DNA from: a virus
IMG/VR virus record: IMGVR_UViG_3300050020_000030
Location: 24,640-88,639 of that record
Direction: 5' to 3' (one strand)
DNA: 64,000 nucleotides
Below are positions 1 to 7,036 of this stretch, in pieces. Position numbers and translations under genes: made by a program. The notes beneath the pieces are model-generated. The model did no database searches. It saw nothing but the letters and a program-made list of their open reading frames with translations, and was not told the DNA's origin. The stretch's first letter is position 1, and each line of letters begins with the position of its first letter.

Positions 1-1
1 A

Positions 2-395
2 GGCGGCTCGGTCTCCGACCCGGCTCGCTTGATTGGTGAACTTGCTGCTTAAGCAGCTAATCGGCCAATCTAAAACTCAGCTATATCGGTGAACCTCTCC
101 TAAAATTTTAGGAGACAATACCGAGGGAAGACTAGGGAAAGTACCTAAACCTAGAACCCGTAACGACTAATACGCTGGGCCTTCGAAAGAAGTGAAGATA
201 GAGTCTGAGCTATACGGCGACGTATAGAGTGTCTCCGGGGTGATCCGGGGGTGGATTAAGTCCACGATGACCTGAAAAGGCATCTCCAAAACGCAACTGG
301 GGTGGATTTCATATAACTGTAAGTTCGTGGTCACGCCTCCGCCCGGAGTAGTTATGAGGGCACGCAAGCTCCTGAGCCAGACGTCTTCAAGCTAA
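2..395 (+). CDS. C-terminus of probable major capsid protein (partial; exons <2-37 and 300-395, spliced GGSVSDPARLIG|GWISYNCKFVVTPPPGVVMRARKLLSQTSSS*)
   Basis: Joining nt 37 to nt 300 restores an open frame to TAA 393-395. The SDP...GW motif resembles N4-gp56-like capsid C-termini, and the gene heads the structural module. Confidence 0.6.
38..299 (+). mobile_element. Group I self-splicing intron without internal ORF
   Basis: P1 GATTGGT/GCCAATC with U37-G wobble; P3 CTCAGC(76-81)/GCTGGG(174-179); P/Q ATCGGTGAAC/CAATACCGAG; R CCCGTAACGACTAA(157-170); S AAGATAGAGTCT(195-206); P9 CTATAC/GTATAG; terminal G299. Confidence 0.9.
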
Positions 396-403
396 ACAAA
401 ACA

Positions 404-444
404 AAGGACTTATAGTTTATAGAAAATATTTTCTATAAGTCCTT
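404..444. repeat. 12-bp inverted repeat after the capsid stop (terminator or processing hairpin)
   Basis: AAGGACTTATAG(404-415)...CTATAAGTCCTT(433-444). Confidence 0.6.
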
Positions 445-471
445 GACTCAGTGAAGTTTTCGTGGTATAAT
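443..471 (+). promoter_or_regulatory. sigma70-type promoter for the GIY-YIG gene
   Basis: TTGACT-17bp-TATAAT with TG extension. Confidence 0.8.
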
Positions 472-565
472 GTAGTTAGGATCAAACTTCCGGTGTCATG
501 AACCGGAACACCCGAGGGGAGTTAGCTCCTACTTTCTCCCCTCAAAAATTCTTCTAGGAGGAAGA

Positions 566-1318
566 ATGTACGATATTTACGAATATACGAATCTAATTAA
601 TAACAAGAAGTATGTCGGGCAGAGTATAGATAAAGATACCCGGAGACGGCAGCACTTATACGAGGCTAAAAGGGGTTCTACCTGTCCCTTTCATCGTGCC
701 ATAAGAAAATACGGAATAGATAACTTCTCTTTTAGAATTATTGAATCTGTAGATACTCAAAAAGGCGCTGACGATCAAGAAGACTTTTGGATAAACGAAC
801 TAGACACGCGAAGCCGGGATCGAGGATATAATCTCAGGGGTGGGGGGATAGCAGGTCTCTTAGCTGAAGAGAGTAAGCAAAAAATCAGTAATTCTCTTAC
901 TGAGTACTACTCCGATGAAAAGAACCGCGAAACTATTAGGGATTCCTTGAAGAATTACTATGAGCAGAACCCGGATCGTGTAGAGAAGATACGGGAGGAG
1001 TCCAGAGAGAATATAAAGGAAAGAAAGAGAAATGACTTGGGTCAACTTCTTCCGTCTTCGGGTGTTCCCGTTCCCGAGAAGACTCCAGAGGAGAAAAAAG
1101 CTATTAATAAAAGAAAAAGCGAAATGATGCTTTCCAAGTCTCCCGAAGAAAAGGCTCGGATCAGCAAGAAGTTAAGTGATGCCCAGAAAGCCAGATATGC
1201 TGCTATGACCCCGGAAGAAAAAGAAGCCTTTTGTAAAAGAAAACGAGAGATTTCAGTTGCATATCACGCCAAAAAGAAATCAGGAATCCAATGCACAGTA
1301 GCCCAAGAAAATTCGTAA
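566..1318 (+). CDS. Free-standing GIY-YIG homing endonuclease
   Basis: DIYEYTNLINNKKYVGQS, R, E and GYN motifs; basic helical C-terminal repeats; SD AGGAGG. Confidence 0.9.
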   Translation: MYDIYEYTNLINNKKYVGQSIDKDTRRRQHLYEAKRGSTCPFHRAIRKYGIDNFSFRIIESVDTQKGADDQEDFWINELDTRSRDRGYNLRGGGIAGLLAEESKQKISNSLTEYYSDEKNRETIRDSLKNYYEQNPDRVEKIREESRENIKERKRNDLGQLLPSSGVPVPEKTPEEKKAINKRKSEMMLSKSPEEKARISKKLSDAQKARYAAMTPEEKEAFCKRKREISVAYHAKKKSGIQCTVAQENS

Positions 1319-1485
1319 TATATACGGAGGCTTCCGTTTCTGATCCAGCCTTCGTTGTTGTAGCGGAGGAAATTTTTCCAGATAAAAGTCCAGTCCGTTA
1401 TAGCGATTTCAGCGTTTTGAAATCCATCATTGCTCAAGTAGAAGGAACTCCCGGATACAACACCGGGGTGTATTTTAGGAACTAA
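1291..1485 (+). CDS. Hypothetical protein (64 aa)
   Basis: AGGA SD, operon position. Confidence 0.55.
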   Translation: MHSSPRKFVIYTEASVSDPAFVVVAEEIFPDKSPVRYSDFSVLKSIIAQVEGTPGYNTGVYFRN

Positions 1486-1495
1486 AAGGAAACCC

Positions 1496-1639
1496 ATGCC
1501 TGACGAAAAAGTTGTAGTTCCCGCAGTGGCTCCGGTTGTAGCGGCTCCCGCCGTTCCCGCCCCTGAAAAATATGTCACCCTCGAAAAGTTTGCAAAACTG
1601 GTAACTCTACTTGCCGATCATGGCATTCATCTGAAGTAG
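1496..1639 (+). CDS. Small Pro/Ala/Val-rich protein (47 aa, MPDEKVVVPAVAPVVAAPAV...)
   Basis: AAGGA SD, ATG 1496, TAG 1637-1639; below the ORF-track cutoff. Confidence 0.7.
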   Translation: MPDEKVVVPAVAPVVAAPAVPAPEKYVTLEKFAKLVTLLADHGIHLK

Positions 1640-1811
1640 GGCGGTTTCTAGCGGGATTCGACAGGGCCTATCCTTGGCCGGTGACTCCCTGAAGATTGTT
1701 TGGTCTCGCAAATACATTCCAAGGCTACCGTAGGCACACCGCCTACTATTCCGGAAAATGGACTAGCGGGCCAAGACCTTTCAAGACCTCCCGCAAAATT
1801 ACTCCCCGCCC
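1639..1811 (+). ncRNA. Candidate rod-shaped ncRNA (~173 nt)
   Basis: Nested stems GGGCGG/CCGCCC, GCGGGA/TCCCGC, CTTGGCC/GGCCAAG, TTGGTC/GACTAG, TTCC/GGAA, GTAGGC/GCCTAC fill the intergenic gap. Confidence 0.5.
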
Positions 1812-1831
1812 CTTCAATTTCTTGGAGACCA

Positions 1832-2023
1832 ATGAAAAAGATTTTTATACTGTGCTTCCTTGCGCTGATCCTCGCCTGTGGGATTAAGGCTAACGCTACC
1901 ACCTACTGTGTCCACTATACCAAGTGGACTATCGGTTTGGATGGAGTAGACGTGTACCTTATGGCGCAGTGCTCCGTTAATGGCATTTGGCAAGACCCTT
2001 ATGCCATCGCTCAAATCTACTAA
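1832..2023 (+). CDS. Small secreted protein with signal peptide (63 aa)
   Basis: GGAG SD before ATG 1832; MKKIFILCFLALILACGIKANA signal-like; two Cys in the mature part. Confidence 0.7.
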   Translation: MKKIFILCFLALILACGIKANATTYCVHYTKWTIGLDGVDVYLMAQCSVNGIWQDPYAIAQIY

Positions 2024-2033
2024 GAGGTAATAT

Positions 2034-2429
2034 ATGTCCGTTACTGCCCAAGCTGTAGGTTCCGTAAAACTCACAAATAACTTAACGGGCGCGAACTCGT
2101 TCACAACTCCTCTTAACCTCGCTTACGCCGGGACGCTCTCCTCGTATGCTCAGGGATTTGCTATCGCTTCTACCCCCACGACAATTTCAGTTCCTAATCT
2201 GAGCGGGCAGTTTCTGTACATCAAGAACCTCGCATCGATAGCGGGGCAGAATGTTTTGGTCACCTGGACGCCACAGGGCGGCTCTACAGAGTCAGCCCTT
2301 ACTTTGTCCGCAGGAGCCTCGATCATCTTCTGTGAAAGCGATACGACAAACGGGATCACCGCCCTTTCTCTTACCGCAACAGGAACTACCACCACAGGAA
2401 CCACCGTCGAATTTCTCTTGGTAGGATAA
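2034..2429 (+). CDS. Putative virion structural protein (131 aa, T/S/G-rich)
   Basis: GAGGT SD; composition and location. Confidence 0.6.
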   Translation: MSVTAQAVGSVKLTNNLTGANSFTTPLNLAYAGTLSSYAQGFAIASTPTTISVPNLSGQFLYIKNLASIAGQNVLVTWTPQGGSTESALTLSAGASIIFCESDTTNGITALSLTATGTTTTGTTVEFLLVG

Positions 2430-2431
2430 TT

Positions 2432-3046
2432 TTGGACATCCCGGTGCTCTACCTAATCCGTCACGGACAAACGAAGCCCAACGCCGCCAACCAGTTTCGT
2501 GGGGATTCCGATGTCCCTCTGACCCCAAAAGGTCGTAAAGACGCTGAGGACGTTGCCGAATTCCTAAAGGGAATCGAGCCTAGCTTTATTATATCATCGG
2601 ACAGGTCCCGAGCGATAGAAACTACGCAAATTCTTCAGAAATATTTTGATGCTCCCGTACATACGTCCCCCGAACTTCGAGCATGGGATGTGGGGGAATT
2701 TACCGGAAAGCCCCGCAATAAAGAAAACTTGGCGGAGATTCAGAAGTATATAGATGATCCTTGTCTCACCGTTCCGGGCGGGGAATCTTTAGCAGAATTT
2801 GCATCGCGGACTATGCCCGCGATTGATGAGTGTTTTCAACTAGCCAACTGCCACGGAGTGGGGTTCGTCGTCGCACACAGTTCGGTAATCCATCAACTGG
2901 GTTCTGATCTGTTAGGAAGCCACACGGCCCTAGTGGTAGACCCCGGTGGGGTTGTTCTGGTAGGACTATCTGGCGAGGGTTGTTCCGAAGCAGAAGCAAT
3001 CTTCAAACCAATGGAAAAAGAAGAAAATTCAGAAAGTATCTCGTAA
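2432..3046 (+). CDS. Histidine phosphatase (phosphoglycerate mutase superfamily)
   Basis: LYLIRHGQT, SSDRSRA, PGGESL, VAH motifs. Confidence 0.9.
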   Translation: MDIPVLYLIRHGQTKPNAANQFRGDSDVPLTPKGRKDAEDVAEFLKGIEPSFIISSDRSRAIETTQILQKYFDAPVHTSPELRAWDVGEFTGKPRNKENLAEIQKYIDDPCLTVPGGESLAEFASRTMPAIDECFQLANCHGVGFVVAHSSVIHQLGSDLLGSHTALVVDPGGVVLVGLSGEGCSEAEAIFKPMEKEENSESIS

Positions 3047-3086
3047 AGTAGTTCATAGTCGGTCTGACCGAATAAGGAGAAACATC

Positions 3087-3797
3087 TTGGCAAATTTTGA
3101 TACAATCGATGCACACGTAGGTGGCACAGGCCGCGAACAAATCAATGTTCTTACCCTTACCTCCGCAACTGAAACCCTTCTCTTGATGGGTACTGACACT
3201 TCCGGTACGACGGTCACCGCCGTTCTTGGAGTTCCCACAGGATCACGTACTGACGCCTCGGGACATACTCTTCTGTATGGTGCGGGTGCTCCCGTCGAGT
3301 TTAACCAGAATGGGGCAGTTAGCTCCCAGAGCAAGGGCCGCAAGGCTTCTGTGTTTACCGCGTCCCCGAATTTCTCTGTCAGTACGTTTGACTCTGGTCG
3401 TCCGTTCCGGATCAGACTTTTTGGGACCGCCTCGGTAGCCGCAGTTACTGTTACTACGGTAACTAACTCAATCGTGGTGGCAATTTATCAGGGAACTGCA
3501 ATCGTGGCTACTCGTCAGGTTTCTATCCTTACAGCGGGCGGAAGCTCTACTAGCACGACCGCTGCCGCAGTGGGTCAGTTCTTCTTGGATACCACCGTGC
3601 AGTGGGACTCGGTAAATCAGGTTCTTGGTGGCTGGTACGGCGGAAACGCTCTTAACACCCTCACCGCGTTTCACGCGCTGGGTAACGCCGTGTCGGTTAC
3701 TACGGCCAACAACCTTCAGTTCTGTGCGTCGGCTACCTTCGGTCACGCAGAGGGTGGTACGGTCACGGTTTCTGAATTCTCGATTGAACAGGTTTGA
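3087..3797 (+). CDS. Putative virion structural or decoration protein (236 aa)
   Basis: AAGGAG SD, TTG start, T/A/G/S-rich beta composition. Confidence 0.6.
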   Translation: MANFDTIDAHVGGTGREQINVLTLTSATETLLLMGTDTSGTTVTAVLGVPTGSRTDASGHTLLYGAGAPVEFNQNGAVSSQSKGRKASVFTASPNFSVSTFDSGRPFRIRLFGTASVAAVTVTTVTNSIVVAIYQGTAIVATRQVSILTAGGSSTSTTAAAVGQFFLDTTVQWDSVNQVLGGWYGGNALNTLTAFHALGNAVSVTTANNLQFCASATFGHAEGGTVTVSEFSIEQV

Positions 3798-3853
3798 TGA
3801 CTTTAGTAATTACTTTTGATTACTTTAATCTGAACAGTTCTCATAAAAGAGTA

Positions 3854-3890
3854 TCATTATACCGGAATTTGTGATATAATGGTATAATGA
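3854..3890 (+). promoter_or_regulatory. Extended -10 promoter giving a leaderless mRNA, flanked by a 10-bp inverted repeat
   Basis: TGaTATAAT(3872-3880), 6 nt, ATG 3887; TCATTATACC/GGTATAATGA. Confidence 0.65.
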
Positions 3891-4633
3891 GTAAAATTAA
3901 AGATTTGACTAATCAAAAGTTCGGGAAGCTGACGGCAATAAAAAGAATAGGGGCTACGAAGCAGGGGGCTTCCCTGTGGTTGTGTAAATGCGACTGCGGG
4001 GAAACTTCCGAGGTTCGGGCAGCAAGCCTCCTTAACAAATCCACGCAGAGTTGTGGATGTTCTAAAGTAGAAAACGCCAAGAAGAGGATTCTTGACCTTA
4101 CCGGACAAAAGTTTGGAAGACTCCTAGTAACAGGACCCACCGATAAACGAGTTACCGGAAGAATCTGTTGGGAATGCCTATGTGACTGTGGGAAAACAAA
4201 AGCAGTTATCTCTAACAACTTGGTACGAGGTATCGCTACGAGTTGCGGGTGCTATAATTTAGAACTTATACGAGGAAACAAATTTGCCTCCACTCTGGAG
4301 TCTGGGGTGAAATATCTTTTAGAAATATACAGAAGTAATGCTCAGACGAAAGACCGGAGCTTTTGCCTCTCTTTTGAGGAGTTTAAAAATTTAACCTCAT
4401 CTCCGTGCCATTATTGTGGGTCTATGCCCTCAAAGGTGGCTAAAAGTAGAAAAGCCCGCATTCCATATACGTACAACGGGATAGACCGGAAAAACAACGA
4501 TGTTGGGTACGAAATAGATAATTGTCTTCCCTGTTGTTCGTTCTGTAACCATGCTAAGCACATTTTATCCTATGAAGATTTCCTATCTTGGATTCAACGT
4601 TTAGTTCAATTTAACCTTCATCGAGGCAACTGA
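3887..4633 (+). CDS. Free-standing HNH homing endonuclease
   Basis: Two DLT(N/G)QKFG.L/C.CDCG/SCGC repeats; CHYCG...GIDRKNNDVGY...NCLPCCSFCN. Confidence 0.85.
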   Translation: MSKIKDLTNQKFGKLTAIKRIGATKQGASLWLCKCDCGETSEVRAASLLNKSTQSCGCSKVENAKKRILDLTGQKFGRLLVTGPTDKRVTGRICWECLCDCGKTKAVISNNLVRGIATSCGCYNLELIRGNKFASTLESGVKYLLEIYRSNAQTKDRSFCLSFEEFKNLTSSPCHYCGSMPSKVAKSRKARIPYTYNGIDRKNNDVGYEIDNCLPCCSFCNHAKHILSYEDFLSWIQRLVQFNLHRGN

Positions 4634-5277
4634 TGACTGACGATCCGTATGTAAAGCCTTCACACAACCTTCTGTTCTCTCCCACTCTTTGTGGTAAAGA
4701 ATGCCAAGCCTGCCGCCGCGTTCTTCCATACTCAATTTTTCCGACCGATAGTTCTATCAGGGATGGAAGGGCACTTATTTGTCCAAAATGTAAAGCTACT
4801 CCAAGGCTTTCTACAGCCGAGAATGCGTCTCGGGTGCGGGAGGCCAATTTTTCTTCAGACGCAGTAAGGAAACAGCGTCGAGAGAATGAGGAAGATTTTT
4901 TGGACAGGGACCCCCGAGGCCGGGTAATGTACCTCGGGGATTTTGTTCACAAGCTTGAACAAGCCGGGGTCGTAATTATTGTGGGCGAGGCCCACTTTGC
5001 TCAAGAGGTTAGTCTGTACGTTTTTGATCTTCGGCATCCCCCCACAAACGCCTTCTATGTAGGTTGGCTCCCAACGGGGTTGATTCAAGAATTCTCCGAG
5101 TACGAGTACAATAAGTACTCTATTCCCCAGTGGGAAACCGTTCACGGTTACCGGGGAGTTCTGAAAAATCTTATCAGCAACGGATACCTTACTGAAGATA
5201 AGTGTAGCAAAACCTTCGGGCCTTGCGATGAAAAAGTATGGGTCAAGGAAATGTTCGGGATTCGTAACAAGCAGTAA
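4633..5277 (+). CDS. Hypothetical protein with N-terminal CxxC...CxxC zinc finger
   Basis: CQAC and CPKC; coupled TGATG start. Confidence 0.7.
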   Translation: MTDDPYVKPSHNLLFSPTLCGKECQACRRVLPYSIFPTDSSIRDGRALICPKCKATPRLSTAENASRVREANFSSDAVRKQRRENEEDFLDRDPRGRVMYLGDFVHKLEQAGVVIIVGEAHFAQEVSLYVFDLRHPPTNAFYVGWLPTGLIQEFSEYEYNKYSIPQWETVHGYRGVLKNLISNGYLTEDKCSKTFGPCDEKVWVKEMFGIRNKQ

Positions 5278-5303
5278 GCGAGTAAATCGCGCCAATAAGG
5301 TGT

Positions 5304-5351
5304 ATTATATTGCACGTTAAGTGCCTTAACGTACATTATATTGCACGTTAA
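5304..5351. repeat. 17-bp direct repeat with central inverted copy (operator-like)
   Basis: ATTATATTGCACGTTAA at 5304-5320 and 5335-5351, with TTAACGTACA between them. Confidence 0.8.
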
Positions 5352-5403
5352 CTGATTTGTTGTATAAGGAAACGGGGTATTCCGTTTTCCGGAAAAGAGA
5401 TAT

Positions 5404-5997
5404 ATGGCTAAGGAAACTACTACAAACGTCGATACAAACGCCCCGGTTACTTTGTCCGTCGCGGACCTTCTGACGGTAATTGCTAAGATTCAGGCGGATA
5501 ATGCCGAAGCTTTGGCTAAGTCCGGGGAGCGGAACGCGGAAGTTTTGTCCTCCTCACTAGAGAAGTTGAGTCCAAGCTACAAGACTCCGGGCCAGAAGCA
5601 GAACGAGCAGCAGCTTAAGCAGGCTTCCCGTGAGGGCGAGCTAAACAAGATTCGCATGAAGAAGCGTCAACAGCACTTCTGCGATCATGAGATTGGTCAG
5701 ACTGGTCGGAAGCGACTGGGCGAGGGCGCGTTCTTCCCCATGAAGATGGCTACCGGAGAAGTGATTGCCGTTTGCTGCTACTGCCAGAAAGTCATTTCCA
5801 GTATCAACCCCAAGCATGAGAAGTTCTGGAAGAAGGTCGGCGGAACGATGGGCGAGGCCGGTCAGATTTCCGGGCTTAACGATCCTATCGAGGCTGCTCT
5901 CCAGAGGCTTACTGGTGACGAGCAGGATGCCGTTCGCAAGTCCCGGCTGGAGTATAGGAAGATCGTTCCTACGGAAATCGATAACTACGACGACTAA
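5404..5997 (+). CDS. Hypothetical protein (197 aa; coiled-coil plus CxH/CxxC)
   Basis: Long ORF, operon context. Confidence 0.75.
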   Translation: MAKETTTNVDTNAPVTLSVADLLTVIAKIQADNAEALAKSGERNAEVLSSSLEKLSPSYKTPGQKQNEQQLKQASREGELNKIRMKKRQQHFCDHEIGQTGRKRLGEGAFFPMKMATGEVIAVCCYCQKVISSINPKHEKFWKKVGGTMGEAGQISGLNDPIEAALQRLTGDEQDAVRKSRLEYRKIVPTEIDNYDD

Positions 5998-6020
5998 TAC
6001 TACAAGTAATTTGAGGTACT

Positions 6021-6755
6021 ATGCCAAGTACGATTCCGCTGTCCAAAACGATAGAGTATGCTAGACGATTCATATACAATTCCCCCCTTCTGTTTACTAA
6101 TGAAGGTACGTTGGCGTTCTCTATCGCGGACGATGTTCGACAGTTTATTCTCTCTCCTCCTTTTTGCTGGAGATGGAATCGTGGAACCGTAGCTCCTATT
6201 ACCTGTCAAGCCGGTCAAACGGATTATCAGGTAAACCTCCCAGATTTTGGGTGGATCGAAAGAGCTTGGATTACCTTCCCATCAACAGGTATTGACCCTA
6301 ATCAGCCCCTCCCCACAAAAGAACTTACTGTCAATTCTACCTTGGCTCAGGAAACTGTCCAAGGCCAGCCCGCGTTCATAAGTGCATTGCTGGATGATAA
6401 CAATGGTAACATTACCTTTCGGCTTATGGGTACTCCGGATGACGAATATATTCTGAATATTATATATCAGAAAGTCCCGCCCAACTTCTCCTCGGTTACT
6501 GATACTTGGTACCCGATCCCGGACTATCTATCCTATCTCGTACAAGCCGGTTTTCTCAGTAAGGCTTACGAATACAAGGGAGACGAACGCCTCGGTTTCT
6601 CGTGGCAGCAATTTCTTAAACAGGTAGTCGCAGCCTCGGACGGCTTGACAGAAGCCGAGAAAAATATTTTCCTCGAACCTAGAATTGCAGCAGCCCGCGA
6701 GCAGGGTGCTTTGCAGACGAGTCAGCAAGCCAGAAGCGCACGCGGAGGTGCATAG
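6021..6755 (+). CDS. Head-tail adaptor protein 1 (P22 gp4/T7 gp11-like position)
   Basis: PFCWRWNR and YQK...PIPD...GFL motifs typical of podoviral adaptors. Confidence 0.6.
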   Translation: MPSTIPLSKTIEYARRFIYNSPLLFTNEGTLAFSIADDVRQFILSPPFCWRWNRGTVAPITCQAGQTDYQVNLPDFGWIERAWITFPSTGIDPNQPLPTKELTVNSTLAQETVQGQPAFISALLDDNNGNITFRLMGTPDDEYILNIIYQKVPPNFSSVTDTWYPIPDYLSYLVQAGFLSKAYEYKGDERLGFSWQQFLKQVVAASDGLTEAEKNIFLEPRIAAAREQGALQTSQQARSARGGA

Positions 6756-7036
6756 TGTTTAAATTTATTTTCGCACATCTCGGAAATCTAGGGACTAGCT
6801 TCAAATGGTTTATGACCATGTGCCTCGGAGAAGGCGGAACGATTAGTTTTGGCCGCTCCTTGAGTGCGTTTTGGAGTCTATATTTTGCTGCTATAGACTG
6901 GAATCTATTTGCTAAGTCAGGTCATCTAGTCGATAATGCTACGCTTTTGACACAACTTACTGTTATTACCACGAGTTACGCGATCACCAAGGCACTGAGA
7001 GCAAGCGACGGAGCGAAAGATGATCCTAAAGTTTAA
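6755..7036 (+). CDS. Small membrane protein, holin candidate
   Basis: Two hydrophobic segments, charged C-terminus. Confidence 0.45.
   Translation: MFKFIFAHLGNLGTSFKWFMTMCLGEGGTISFGRSLSAFWSLYFAAIDWNLFAKSGHLVDNATLLTQLTVITTSYAITKALRASDGAKDDPKV

Noticed and set aside
167-367. 66-aa minus-strand ORF
   Set aside because: Antisense to the intron core and capsid exon 2; no RBS.
1639-1811. tmRNA call from GGATTCGACAGGG
   Set aside because: No T-arm, CCA end or tag ORF, and too short.
1700-1831. N-terminal extension of the 107-aa ORF
   Set aside because: SD and signal peptide point to ATG 1832; the upstream part is structured RNA.
5304-5351. CRISPR mini-array
   Set aside because: Two 17-bp units with a 14-bp spacer; no cas operon. 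The PD-(D/E)XK gene is a typical phage exonuclease.
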